From Trichormus sp. ATA11-4-KO1 (GTDB lineage Bacteria; Cyanobacteriota; Cyanobacteriia; Cyanobacteriales; Nostocaceae): a stretch of 13,432 nucleotides of DNA. Under the pieces are notes generated by a model. It did no database searches, had not been told where the DNA came from, and saw only the letters and a list, made by a program, of their open reading frames with translations. This document shows positions 1 to 11,924 of the stretch, one piece after another; within the stretch, counting starts at the first letter, position 1, and each line of letters begins with the position of its first letter. The translations under genes and the position numbers were made by a program. The stretch covers positions 1 through 13,432 of the forward strand of contig JAHHIM010000064.1 of assembly GCA_019358915.1 (NCBI GenBank), read 5' to 3'.

Positions 1-126
1 GTAATGTTCCAGATTGCATTGTGCTGTGGACGGTTTGCTGATTTTTCTGATTGTCCGATACCTATTCATTGGATGATACTTTTTATCAATCCACTCTTTT
101 GCCACTTTGTCAATGCGTAAGTCCTA
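1..126 (-). mobile_element. Left end of an IS701-like insertion sequence: terminus TAGGACTTACGCA at 126-114 and transposase N-terminus at 69->1, running off the window
   Basis: The minus-strand ATG at 69 reads MNRYRTIRKISKPSTAQCNLEHY..., which resembles the 'KPSTAxCxL..Y' N-terminus I recall for cyanobacterial IS701-family transposases. TAGGACTTACGCA is a recurrent Nostocales IS end. Family call is from memory. Confidence 0.6.
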
Positions 127-139
127 CATTTAAATACCT

Positions 140-437
140 TCAGCTTCCGATACTCCCCAAGTTTGCCCAATATGAAAGTATGTGCGGTATTCTCTCCAAT
201 ATTCCCATGTCATCAACAACTGGTCTTCCAAGCTCAGTTTACCTGGCCTTCCTGTTTTTTGTTTTGTTCCCTGTTGCGATCGCACTATCTCTAGCATCTG
301 ATAAAAGTCTCTGGGCGTATACCACACAAGCGTTTAAAGTCTTCCGGCTTCAGCTTCTTTACTTGTTCGTAGGTCATCAATGCTACCCAACTCTCATCTA
401 CTTGTCCCATACCTCTGGGACTTTTGCAAGAGGTCTA
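140..437 (-). pseudogene. IS5-family (IS702-like, HTH_Tnp_4) transposase remnant with left terminal repeat; frameshifted and truncated
   Basis: Terminal sequence TAGACCTCTTGCAAAAGT at 437-420. The ATG at 377 gives MTYEQVKKLKPEDFKRLCGIRPETF, then a frameshift near 303 continues as QMLEIVR...GRPGKLSLEDQLLMTWEYWREYRTYFHIGQTWGVSE, typical of IS702-type HTH regions. Homology stops near 143 and there is no DDE domain. Confidence 0.8.
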
Positions 438-749
438 TTTTTTATGCAGTTTGATTAACCGGACATGATATTAATGCGACGAGTTAAACCGCAGATTTTG
501 CCAATTTACTCATAAAATAGCCATATATTTGATGGCATCAGACATGATAATCCAGCTTTTGTTTGCTTGTTTCCTCAAAAAACCAGCATTTACGGATTTT
601 TTAACTAAAAATCAACTATAAAATTTGATATGCTTGAAGTTTTTATGAATGTGTTATGATAGATAAAGACTATCACTGTTGAGCAAGTGAAATATAGCAA
701 TATATCTTCACTTTAGCTAATAAAACTTATTGATTAAGTTGAGTATTAA

Positions 750-959
750 TTGAAAATTAAAGCATTAGATATCAAGGCAGGCGATCGCATTATTGCCTAC
801 TGTAAAAACAAAATGCAAATCTGCAAAGTGAAACGCATTTTAGAACCTGAGCAAACCCATATCACACTATCAGTATTCACGTCTGAGCATTATCGCGGTT
901 GCTTAGTTTCATGTGTAGTCCGCTTCCAGTGCGACACGTTAGTTGATTTAGTAACTTAA
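750..959 (+). CDS. Small hypothetical protein (69 aa, TTG start), possibly an SH3/KOW-like beta-barrel
   Basis: Isolated ORF in an AT-rich region. 'KALDIKAGDRI' followed by alternating beta-strand-like segments is a pattern seen in small beta-barrels. Confidence 0.6.
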   Translation: MKIKALDIKAGDRIIAYCKNKMQICKVKRILEPEQTHITLSVFTSEHYRGCLVSCVVRFQCDTLVDLVT

Positions 960-1100
960 AAAATTACTTTTAACTTGGCATTTCCCAATAGCCACCACCA
1001 CCTCATCTGGCGGAAAGTACTATATCTTTAACTAAATATTAAGTTGTACAACGCTTAACCATTAAAATATGAAGCATCCAGAACACTGAATACTTTATCA

Positions 1101-1109
1101 TGCTACATT
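1101..1109 (+). promoter_or_regulatory. Putative extended -10 promoter (TGcTACATT) for the cob leader
   Basis: TGn-TACATT ends 6 nt before the first base of the riboswitch P1 helix (1116), the expected position for a transcription start. Confidence 0.5.
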
Positions 1110-1115
1110 ACTAAA

Positions 1116-1231
1116 GCTTGGGTTGGGAAACTCCGGTGAGATTCTGGGACTGTGCCGCAGCTGTGATGGCAAGGCAAAAGGAAAAAATGCATTTTTTCTT
1201 TTACTTTCCAAGTCAGAATGCCAACTCCAGC
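1116..1231 (+). promoter_or_regulatory. Cobalamin (B12) riboswitch aptamer
   Basis: Contains GGGAA-actcc-GGTGAGATTC (T-loop P4), CTGTGCCGCAGCTGTGA (P5/L5) and a B12-box AAGTCAGAATGCC. GCTTGGGTTGG (1116-1126) pairs with CCAACTCCAGC (1221-1231). It lies directly upstream of cobG. Confidence 0.92.
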
Positions 1232-1286
1232 AGTGTCTTCAAGACACATTTACTATCTACTTTCTGCGTCGCACAGGGAAGGAGTT

Positions 1287-2759
1287 GTGATTTTACTGTC
1301 CGGTTTTGCCACTTGTCCTGGCTTGTTTTATGCCACACCCGCCCAAGATGGGATATTATCTCGCATCAGAATACCTGGTGGGATTCTAGATAGTAAACAA
1401 TGTCACGTGATCGCAGACATAGCAGATCAGTATGGGGGTGGCTATGTGGATGTAACTAATCGAGCCAACCTCCAAGTCAGGGAAATCCGCACAGGCATAA
1501 ATGCAACAATCTTAAAAAATTTACAGGATGTGGGATTAGGTGCGCGCAATCCTGCTGTAGACCACATCCGCAATATCATGACCAGCCCCACTGCTGGTAT
1601 TGACCCACAAGAATTAATTGATACTCGTCCCTTGATTCAAAGTTGGGATAACTACATCACTGAACATCCTGCCTTATCGGGACTTTCGGCAAAATTTAGC
1701 GTTGGCTTTGATGGTGGTGGGACAGTTTCGGTATGCGATCGCCTCAACGATATCATGTTTGCTGCTGTCTTAGTTGACAACAGAGTTTACTTCCGTCTCT
1801 GTCTCAGCATCGGCGCACAAGGTGAACCACCCATTGATACAGGAATTTTGTTACTGCCAGAGCAATGTTTACCAGTTTTGGCGGCTTTGGCAGCAGTTTA
1901 TCTCAATCATAGTGATCCTGGCAGTAGGCGTAAACTGCGACTGAGAGAGTTGCTTAATAGTTTAGGTTGTGACACTTATCTTCAGCAAGTTACACAACAT
2001 CTAACTTTTCCTCTGTTCAGAAGCAACCTCACTTCTGTGCAAACAGAAAATAAGTATCAGCATATTGGCATTCATCCCCAATCTCAGCCAGGTTTATTCT
2101 ATATTGGTGTGGTGTTGCCGCTTGGCAGACTCGAATGTCAGCAAATTCGGGGTCTAGCTGATTTAGCAGCAAAATATGGTAGCGGCACACTCAGACTAAC
2201 TCCTTGGCAAAATTTGCTGTTAACTGACATTCCCCAGCAATTAGTTGGGGATGTCGAGAGTAAAATAGCTTCTATAGGATTAGATTTCTCAACCACAAAT
2301 ATTAACAGTGCATTAGTTGCCTGTGCTGGTAACAGGGGTTGTGCTGCTTCTGCCACAGATACCAAAGGTGATGCGTTGACATTAGTAAAATATCTCGCCA
2401 CTCGTGTTAGTCTCAATCACCCAATTAATATTCACTTTAGCGGCTGCAAAAAATCTTGCGCCCAGCACAGCAAAAGTGACATCACCTTACTCGGTGTCAG
2501 CCAGGAATCAGACAATGGAAATCTGCCAGCCTATGACATTTATGTTGGTAAAGGTAATAGTAACCAGAAACTCGGTGATGAAATTTATCAACATGTGAAT
2601 ATTGCCCAACTCCCTACACTCGTGGGGCAGATGCTACAAGTGTATAAAATTCACAGCAAAAACCCTGATGAAACCTTTAGGGAATTTGTCAATCGCCATG
2701 ATATTGCTCAACTAAAGCAGTTATTCTCACCAAATTGCCGCGAGAAAATTTTGTTTTAA
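1287..2759 (+). CDS. cobG: Precorrin-3B synthase (nitrite/sulfite-reductase-like Fe-S protein)
   Basis: Motifs CPGLF..AQDG.L.RIRIPGG, T.RANLQ.R, RLTPWQN, ACAG..GC and HFSGC.KSCA; first gene of a cobGHI cluster. The track ATG at 1218 lies inside the riboswitch, so the start was moved to the in-frame GTG at 1287 after GGGAAGGAG. The exact start codon (1287-1296) is uncertain. Confidence 0.9.
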   Translation: MILLSGFATCPGLFYATPAQDGILSRIRIPGGILDSKQCHVIADIADQYGGGYVDVTNRANLQVREIRTGINATILKNLQDVGLGARNPAVDHIRNIMTSPTAGIDPQELIDTRPLIQSWDNYITEHPALSGLSAKFSVGFDGGGTVSVCDRLNDIMFAAVLVDNRVYFRLCLSIGAQGEPPIDTGILLLPEQCLPVLAALAAVYLNHSDPGSRRKLRLRELLNSLGCDTYLQQVTQHLTFPLFRSNLTSVQTENKYQHIGIHPQSQPGLFYIGVVLPLGRLECQQIRGLADLAAKYGSGTLRLTPWQNLLLTDIPQQLVGDVESKIASIGLDFSTTNINSALVACAGNRGCAASATDTKGDALTLVKYLATRVSLNHPINIHFSGCKKSCAQHSKSDITLLGVSQESDNGNLPAYDIYVGKGNSNQKLGDEIYQHVNIAQLPTLVGQMLQVYKIHSKNPDETFREFVNRHDIAQLKQLFSPNCREKILF

Positions 2760-2777
2760 TCCCTATGGGCTTCACCG

Positions 2778-2797
2778 TCCCCACTCCCTAGTCCCCA
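2778..2797 (+). repeat. Short tandem heptamer repeats (STRR-like: TCCCCAC TCCCTAG TCCCCAA)
   Basis: Three degenerate TCCCYAN heptamers between cobG and cobH, typical of heterocystous cyanobacteria. Confidence 0.55.
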
Positions 2798-3424
2798 ATG
2801 TCTAATTACATCCGAGACGCTAACGAAATCTATAATCATTCCTTTGCAATTATCCGGTCAGAAGCCAACTTAGATGTGCTGCCATCGGATGTAGCAAAAG
2901 TTGCGGTTCGTCTGATTCATGCCTGTGGAATGACAGATATAGTCACCGACTTAGGATATTCACCATCAGCAGTGCCATCTGGACGGGTAGCATTAGCAGA
3001 GGGTGCACCAATTCTGTGTGATTGCCGCATGGTTGCCGAAGGTATTACTAGGCGACGGCTACCAGCAAACAACCAAGTTATTTGTACCCTTTATGATCCG
3101 CAAGTACCAGAAATGGCTCAACATTTTGGGAATACTAGGTCTGCGGCTGCCTTGGAATTATGGCAAAAGCATCTAGAAGGGGCAGTAGTAGCCATTGGTA
3201 ATGCACCCACAGCTCTATTTAGGTTACTAGAAATGTTAGATGAGGGTGCGCCTAAACCTGCGGTGATTTTAGGCTTTCCCGTGGGATTTGTGGGTGCAGC
3301 CGAGTCTAAAGTGGCACTAGCGGCAGATAGCAGAGGAGTGCCATTTTTAACATTACATGGTCGGCGTGGTGGTAGTGCGATCGCCGCCGCCGCAGTTAAC
3401 GCCTTGGCAACGGAGGAAGAATGA
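2798..3424 (+). CDS. cobH: Precorrin-8X methylmutase
   Basis: Motifs IY..SFAIIRSEA, RLIHACG, TRSAAA, AIGNAPTAL, PVGFVGAAESK and GRRGGSA.AAAAVNAL. Confidence 0.97.
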   Translation: MSNYIRDANEIYNHSFAIIRSEANLDVLPSDVAKVAVRLIHACGMTDIVTDLGYSPSAVPSGRVALAEGAPILCDCRMVAEGITRRRLPANNQVICTLYDPQVPEMAQHFGNTRSAAALELWQKHLEGAVVAIGNAPTALFRLLEMLDEGAPKPAVILGFPVGFVGAAESKVALAADSRGVPFLTLHGRRGGSAIAAAAVNALATEEE

Positions 3425-4131
3425 ACATAAAAACCAAAGGCCGTCTCTATGGAGTTGGTGTCGGGCCAGGTGATCCAGAATTATTGACATTGAAAGCATT
3501 ACGGCTGTTACAATCCGCACCTGTACTTGCTTATCAATCAGCCACAGATAAAGAAAGTATAGCGCGGGCGATCGTGTCTCAATACCTAACTGGCAATCAA
3601 ATTGAGGTACTATTTCACCTCCCTCGCGCCTTGGAACCAGAAACAGCAAATTCCATTTATGACAAAGAAGTTGCACCAATTGCCGAACATCTAGCTACTG
3701 GACGAGATGTAGTAGTACTGTGTGAGGGCGACCCGTTTTTCTACGGCTCATTTATGTATGTTTTCACACGTTTATCTGAGCAGTATGAAACCGAAGTTGT
3801 ACCGGGAGTTTCCTCACTCATGGCTTGTCCCGTATCCTTGGGTGTACCTTTTACCTACTACAACGACATTCTCACAGTTTTACCTGCCCCTCTACCAGCA
3901 GAACAGTTAATTACACACCTACTAGCAACAGATGCGGCGGCAATTATGAAGCTAGGTCGCCACTTTACCAAAGTGCGAGATATCCTGCATCAATTAGGGT
4001 TAGCATCACGAGCATTATATATTGAGCGGGCGACCATGGCACAGCAGAGAATTATACCCTTGGATGAAGTTGATCCAGATCAAGTACCTTATTTCTCAAT
4101 GATTGTGGTACCGACAAAGAATCGGCTATAG
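3421..4131 (+). CDS. cobI: Precorrin-2 C20-methyltransferase
   Basis: Motifs LYGVGVGPGDPELLTLKA, LCEGDPFFYGSF, VVPGVSS and PYFS. ATGA overlap with the cobH stop indicates translational coupling. Confidence 0.96.
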   Translation: MNIKTKGRLYGVGVGPGDPELLTLKALRLLQSAPVLAYQSATDKESIARAIVSQYLTGNQIEVLFHLPRALEPETANSIYDKEVAPIAEHLATGRDVVVLCEGDPFFYGSFMYVFTRLSEQYETEVVPGVSSLMACPVSLGVPFTYYNDILTVLPAPLPAEQLITHLLATDAAAIMKLGRHFTKVRDILHQLGLASRALYIERATMAQQRIIPLDEVDPDQVPYFSMIVVPTKNRL

Positions 4132-4163
4132 CAGTCTGCCCGCAGGGTTTGACAAGAAGCACT

Positions 4164-4274
4164 GAGTATGGTGCCCCTATTCCCTTACAAGCTTGCCAGT
4201 TACCAGTAGTATTAATCAATCCCCGTCAGGGAAGAGATTTTGCCAAAGCTACAGGTAAGTTGGCAAAAACTGAA
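4164..4274 (+). pseudogene. IS110-family transposase fragment
   Basis: LQACQLPVVLINPRQGRDFAKATGKLAKT(E) matches the 'vNPrq.r.FAka.g..aKTD..DA' segment of the IS110 DEDD domain. About 35 codons only, with no proper start or end. Confidence 0.8.
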
Positions 4275-4283
4275 CTTCACAAC

Positions 4284-5959
<1,676 letters not shown>

Positions 5960-5988
5960 AAGAGAGGTTGGAGAAAATGAAATAAAAT

Positions 5989-6115
5989 CACCTCGTGCAA
6001 GTCGAAAAAGCTGTTGTGTCACACACGGGATTTGAACCCGTAATTGCTTGATCTTCAATCAAGTGCCTGTACCATTTGGCTAGTATGTAAGCTTCTTCAG
6101 TTAGGGCACGAAGTG
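5989..6115 (-). ncRNA. Structured RNA module copy C, carrying a tRNA-like cloverleaf (6089->6014, GAA/Phe-type anticodon, defective acceptor end)
   Basis: CACUUCGUGC-CCUAACU-GAAGAAGC-U-[UACAUAC UA GCC AAAUGGUACA GGC A CUUGA UUGAAGA UCAAG CAAUU ACGGG UUCAAAU CCCGU GUGUGAC ACAA]-CA-GCUUUUUC-GACUU-GCACGAGGUG. The D, anticodon and T arms pair fully. Acceptor positions 1-2 are mismatched and the end is ACAA, not NCCA. Confidence 0.85.
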
Positions 6116-6122
6116 AAAATTT

Positions 6123-6915
<793 letters not shown>

Positions 6916-6948
6916 TGACTCACCTCCAGACAATTTAAATAATTGAAA

Positions 6949-7025
6949 TTCCGCGCAAGTTAGCAAAGCCGTTATCACAGGATTTTTATTTGGTGTGTGT
7001 ATGCTTCACAATTTAGGGCGCGGAA
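6949..7025 (-). ncRNA. Structured RNA module copy B, carrying a short, weakly structured insert
   Basis: UUCCGCGC-CCUAAAU-UGUGAAGC-AUACA-[~28 nt]-GCUUUGCU-AACUU-GCGCGGAA. Perfect 8-bp outer helix and a 7-bp inner helix with G-U pairs. Confidence 0.75.
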
Positions 7026-7036
7026 AACTCAGCTTT

Positions 7037-7471
<435 letters not shown>

Positions 7472-7526
7472 AAGTTTGAGAGGTTTTAGTTTTGCCTCTT
7501 GGAAAGGCTTTTGTGTTTATATTACA

Positions 7527-7555
7527 AATGTAATACACAAATTACAGGATGTCAA
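7527..7555 (-). promoter_or_regulatory. Sigma70-type promoter TTGACA-N17-TACATT driving the RNA/Ubl/vWA operon
   Basis: Consensus -35 at 7555-7550, 17-nt spacer and -10 TACATT at 7532-7527. The predicted start is about 50 nt before the outer tRNA-like 5' end. Confidence 0.75.
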
Positions 7556-7563
7556 CAGGCATA

Positions 7564-8181
7564 CTACAATTTTTTGAGGGAGAGAGGAATTTTAAAATTA
7601 GCCAACATGACAAAGCCTTCAACGCGACAGCCTAAGTCTTTTAGCCACACAACTAACTCATGATTGCTGTTGTGATACAAGGTGTAGTCTAGGTCGTCTT
7701 GAACGAAGTGCATTTGATTATGTGGATTGAATATTTGTGTTTCAATCAGAGTATTGAAACGTTTCTCTAATAATTTTCTTAACCGTGTGACTTTGGCTGA
7801 CGTCACTGTAAAATTCAGAAGCTGACTATTGGCATTTATACTCTGCTTCAACTGAGCGATGTTGTTATATTTTCGCCTGCCGAGGGTTCCCTGAGTGGGA
7901 ATTAGCAATGCTGCAACCGCACTACCCAAATCTTGTTGGTTCAGCGCAAAATAACGCCAATCACCATAGGCATACTGAATCAAGCCGCCATCACCATCAG
8001 GCAGAACTAATCGGGAATGTAAGCCTGTGTCAATTACGTAGACGATGACCGGATTAATCGGATCAGCTGGGGGTATGATGACTGGACGAGAGGAAATCAA
8101 GGCTAGTGCGATCGCAGCCAGTACCGCCAGCATGAATAAGGTGATCCGGCGTAAAATACTCACTATTTCGTTTGAATGCAC
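7564..8181 (-). CDS. DUF2459-like exported or membrane-anchored protein
   Basis: N-terminal hydrophobic helix; motifs VYVID.G.HSRLVLP, YAYGDW.YF and Y.LYHNSNH..V.WL resemble the DUF2459 family. Start (GTG 8181) is uncertain. Confidence 0.6.
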   Translation of the reverse strand: MHSNEIVSILRRITLFMLAVLAAIALALISSRPVIIPPADPINPVIVYVIDTGLHSRLVLPDGDGGLIQYAYGDWRYFALNQQDLGSAVAALLIPTQGTLGRRKYNNIAQLKQSINANSQLLNFTVTSAKVTRLRKLLEKRFNTLIETQIFNPHNQMHFVQDDLDYTLYHNSNHELVVWLKDLGCRVEGFVMLANFKIPLSLKKL

Positions 8182-8351
8182 GTTGGTTAGGACTAGGACG
8201 GCTTTACCTAAACAAGATTAAAGTGTTCCATGTGAATGTTAGTGATGGGAACCTCAAGTTATAGATAGGGGCGTTCATCTTTACGTTCAGCTTGGATGAA
8301 AAGCATACTAATCAACTGTGCATTAACAAACTTTTCATCGTCGCTTTCCTC

Positions 8352-9146
8352 CTAACTAGCTAGCTGCAATGAAACTTGCGATCGCCTGTTGATTTCTGGC
8401 CAGTTCACCACATTCCACCAATTATTCAAATACTCACCCCGGCGGTTACGATATCTCAGGTAATAGGCGTGTTCCCACACGTCGTTACCCATGATGGGAT
8501 ATGCACCATCCATAATTGGGTTATCTTGATTTGCTGTGGTGACGATTTGTAGTTGACCTGCGGGATTACGTACTAACCACACCCAACCACTACCGAAGCG
8601 ATCGCCTCCAGCTTGGTTAAACTGTTTTTTAAATTCATCAAAACTGCCAAAAGTACGGTTAATTTCTTGGGCAATTTCTCCTGTTGGTTCTCCACCACCT
8701 TCGGGACTCATGATTTGCCAGAAAATTGTATGGTTAAGATGCCCACCGCCATTGTTGCGGACTTTTGTGCGAATATTTTCCGGAACACTGTTTAAATCTC
8801 GCAGCAAAGCTTCAACACTGCTTTTTTGCAAATCTGGCTCTTGTTTCAAGGCATCATTCAGGTTGTTAACATAGCCCGCATGGTGTCCATCATGATGTAA
8901 TTTCATGGTTTCCGCATCAATAGCTTTTCCCAGCGCCGTGTAATCATAAGGCAATGGTGGTAGCTTTGCCGGAGCAGCACTGAGTTCCCCATCAGGAGAA
9001 GCTACGGGGGGGAATGTGGCCGCAGTGGGAGTTGCTTTAGGAGATTGTGATTCAGCTACGGGTACTGGTTGACAAGAAATTAGCAGAACCGCCAGCATAA
9101 CTCCAGTGAGTAAAAAGGCAATTTTGTCTCGTAAAAATTTGGTCAT
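8352..9146 (-). CDS. sodA: Manganese superoxide dismutase with lipoprotein signal and Pro/Ala linker
   Basis: Motifs [35 protein letters not shown] and [11 protein letters not shown] plus QD are Mn-type signatures. Lipobox LISC. Confidence 0.93.
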   Translation of the reverse strand: MTKFLRDKIAFLLTGVMLAVLLISCQPVPVAESQSPKATPTAATFPPVASPDGELSAAPAKLPPLPYDYTALGKAIDAETMKLHHDGHHAGYVNNLNDALKQEPDLQKSSVEALLRDLNSVPENIRTKVRNNGGGHLNHTIFWQIMSPEGGGEPTGEIAQEINRTFGSFDEFKKQFNQAGGDRFGSGWVWLVRNPAGQLQIVTTANQDNPIMDGAYPIMGNDVWEHAYYLRYRNRRGEYLNNWWNVVNWPEINRRSQVSLQLAS

Positions 9147-9212
9147 AAATATTCACACTTTTGTCGTTTTAATTTGGGAAAATTAGCTGGAGCTTAACAC
9201 ATAAATAATTTT

Positions 9213-9563
9213 TTATACTGCCGTTCTCACGATACTCAAGAGAATGGAAATAACAATTGCTAAAGTAAGAGAGCCAACTAAAGCACTCCAAAAGCCCCAT
9301 CTCAGAGTAAAACCTGGAACCAAAGCAGCAGCCAAAGCAAAAATAATCGCATTCAGCACAAAGAAAAATAATCCGAAGCTCAGAATAATAATTGGAAATG
9401 TGAAAATGCTGAGAATTGGCAGCAAAATTGCATTCAAGATGCCGAAAACAGCCGCAGCTATTGCTGCTTTACCAAAGTTATCAATTTCAATTCCCAATGG
9501 CAATCTGGAAATGATTAAAAAACTGACGGTTGTCACTAACCAAGTAAGGATAATTTCACCCAT
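9213..9563 (-). CDS. Four-TM phage holin family (YvlD-like) membrane protein
   Basis: 116 aa, entirely hydrophobic. Motifs G..I..F..A.IAA.VFGILNA...PIL...T.P...L..GLF.FV.NA and GF...GFWSAL.GS. Confidence 0.85.
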   Translation of the reverse strand: MGEIILTWLVTTVSFLIISRLPLGIEIDNFGKAAIAAAVFGILNAILLPILSIFTFPIIILSFGLFFFVLNAIIFALAAALVPGFTLRWGFWSALVGSLTLAIVISILLSIVRTAV

Positions 9564-10114
9564 GATTGATACCTCTTTTTCGATATTTTTTTAGAAAAAA
9601 TTACTTTACTTTTGTCTTAATAAACAGATTCAAAGATTAGGCATTCTCTCTTTTAAACTACTACAAATAATACGGTTTTTTCCTGATTAATTGTATCTTA
9701 AAACATTTTAATTTGTCAGTCTTATTCTTAACAAATTCTAATATATTCCTTTAGGTATATAATTCAAAATCACGAACAAAACTATCGACAGATATAGGAT
9801 AAATTTTCTTTTGCTAAACATATAATTAAAACAGTATGCAAGATTTAATTGTGAACAGCTTACTGAAAAATTGATAATAACTGTGTTTTCCTATTTTCAG
9901 CAATTACAAATTTCTCCGAAATATACTACAAACAAAATTTTATGCTGAAATTATTTTGTACACATTGTAGTTTGGCATCTCCTAATTTTCATCTGGCAAA
10001 AAGCTAATTTCAATAGGAAGTTTTTATTCTGAAAGCTCATGGCAGTCATCGATTATCAATTAAATTTGGCTCAAAAATCAACATATTAAAGTTATATAGC
10101 TGAGGTTAAATAAT

Positions 10115-10504
10115 ATGTCTGTTGAACCACTTCTGTCAAAACAAATAGCCGAAAATAGAAATGTTAGCCAGGTAACTCAAAATGAAGTTAAACAAGAGCA
10201 AATACAACAAGATAGCTTAAATATCCCCGATATAGCTCTAACTTTATCTCCAGTCGCTTTAATTTTCAGTTGGGTAATTTTTTTTCTGATATTACAAAAA
10301 ATTCGGACGATGTTAGACAATAAGATTGTTTTTACTGTCAAGGGGTTACATCAAGTCCCGTGTAGGAACTGTCGCTTTTATTCCAACAACCATTATCTCA
10401 AGTGTGCTGTACAACCCTCCATTGTGCTTACTGAAGAAGCCAAGGATTGCCCGGAATATTCACCTAAAAATGGCAAATTTTCTCCAAAAAACCTTTTTAA
10501 ATAA
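10115..10504 (+). CDS. Hypothetical single-TM protein with C-terminal Cys cluster
   Basis: TM segment followed by VPCRNCRFY..NHYLKCAVQP.......A.DC.EY, a pattern familiar from cyanobacterial hypothetical proteins. Confidence 0.8.
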   Translation: MSVEPLLSKQIAENRNVSQVTQNEVKQEQIQQDSLNIPDIALTLSPVALIFSWVIFFLILQKIRTMLDNKIVFTVKGLHQVPCRNCRFYSNNHYLKCAVQPSIVLTEEAKDCPEYSPKNGKFSPKNLFK

Positions 10505-10567
10505 ATTACTGATCACTTTCATATCTATACTTTATTTTGAGCGCAAAAAACTGTTTTTAAGAAAAAA

Positions 10568-11695
10568 TTAAGCAATTTGACCCAAATCTCGCTGTCGCTG
10601 CAACCAGTTAGCGACATCATGGGCAGTAATTATGCCCCTGAGTAAGCCATTCTGAATTACCAGAACACGGCGGATTTCTGAATCTTGCATTTTTTGTAAT
10701 ACATTAGACATTTGCTCTTCTGGACGGGCAGTAACTCCGTTGTTTGCGGCAGACATTGTGTCTTTCACAGTACGATATGTCCATTCTTCTCGTGGAATAT
10801 CCTTGACTTGATTTAAAGTAATAATACCTACTGGGTGATTGTCTTGTGTCACTGGAAAAGACTGATAGCGACGACTGAGGAAATATTTATCCACTAACTC
10901 TTGGAGTGTCACATCAGCACTGACGGTTTCTGGATAAGGAGTCATGATTTCCCGCGCCCTTACCCCTTGTAGACTTGTACGTAGTAAAAGTTCCTCATAG
11001 CTAGCCTCGGCGGCGTTGTACAAGAACCAACCAATGAGAATTAACCAAAGTCCACTCAAAATGGCGTAGCTAAACATCTGCCAAACACCGAGGGCGATCA
11101 GCAAATAACCTAGCCATTTACCACCAGTGGTAGCAATTTGTGTGGCTTTTTTAAGATTGCCAGTGTACTTCCAGATCATAGAACGGAAGACGCGACCCCC
11201 ATCTAAAGGAAATCCAGGCAGCATATTGAAGATAGCGAGAGCGAGGTTAATTGAGGCGAGGTAGGCAGCAACCCCCGTCACCACTACACTCAAAGCAGCA
11301 TTTCTACTGATATACCAAATCACGCCAAAAAGGGCAGCTAGCATGAGACTGACAAGGGGCCCCACTCCAGCTATTTGGAATTCATCACCGGGAGTTTCTG
11401 CATCCATGCGAGTTCGTGAAACTCCACCAAAAATAAATAGCGTAATTCCTTCGACAGGAATTCCTTTTGCCCTGGCTACGAAGGAGTGAGAAAGCTCATG
11501 AGCAAGCAGCGATGCGAAAAAAAGTAAAGTTGCTACTATACCCATGCCAAAATAAGTGCCATTGGTAAGTCCTGGATAGTTAGTTGGGAATATACCTGCG
11601 CTTAAAGTCCACAGGACAAGAAAGAAAATTAACAGCCAGGACAAATCCACTCGGATTTCAAATCCAAAAATAGAACCTAAGCGAAAACCTTGCAT
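10568..11695 (-). CDS. Site-2 protease (peptidase M50) with tandem CBS domains
   Basis: HELSH, AGVGP and NMLPGFPLDGGR motifs, multiple TM segments and a C-terminal CBS pair. Start reassigned to the ATG at 11695 (MQGFRLGSIFG). Confidence 0.93.
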   Translation of the reverse strand: MQGFRLGSIFGFEIRVDLSWLLIFFLVLWTLSAGIFPTNYPGLTNGTYFGMGIVATLLFFASLLAHELSHSFVARAKGIPVEGITLFIFGGVSRTRMDAETPGDEFQIAGVGPLVSLMLAALFGVIWYISRNAALSVVVTGVAAYLASINLALAIFNMLPGFPLDGGRVFRSMIWKYTGNLKKATQIATTGGKWLGYLLIALGVWQMFSYAILSGLWLILIGWFLYNAAEASYEELLLRTSLQGVRAREIMTPYPETVSADVTLQELVDKYFLSRRYQSFPVTQDNHPVGIITLNQVKDIPREEWTYRTVKDTMSAANNGVTARPEEQMSNVLQKMQDSEIRRVLVIQNGLLRGIITAHDVANWLQRQRDLGQIA

Positions 11696-11924
11696 AAGTT
11701 TCTCTGTTTTTCCAGCAATTCCCGTGTATGCAGCAATTTTCACTTGGTAGCAGGCGTAAGGACTTGCACCTTGGTCGTGTGATAGAAACAACCGATAATT
11801 GCTAGCAATGAGGAATAGCTAATGAGTGGTAAATATCACCAAAAGCATAGAAAAAAGTAATTACTTCTGCCTCTAGCAAATGATAGAGAGATGAGATGTA
11901 ACTTTTGAGTGTTGATTTTGTAAA

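Noticed and set aside
1218..1286. N-terminal extension of CobG from the ATG at 1218, and the ORF at 1118-1393
   Set aside because: Both overlap the riboswitch aptamer and expression platform; the SD lies at about 1276-1284.
6014..6089. Functional tRNA-Phe(GAA) gene
   Set aside because: The first two acceptor pairs are mismatched, the 3' end is ACAA, and it is embedded in the conserved module. Treated as a tRNA mimic.
7529..7546. NtcA site in the operon promoter
   Set aside because: The spacing is GTA-N10-TAC, not the GTA-N8-TAC required for NtcA.
9213..9563. Prophage inferred from the holin-family gene
   Set aside because: This family is commonly chromosomal in cyanobacteria, and no other phage genes are present.
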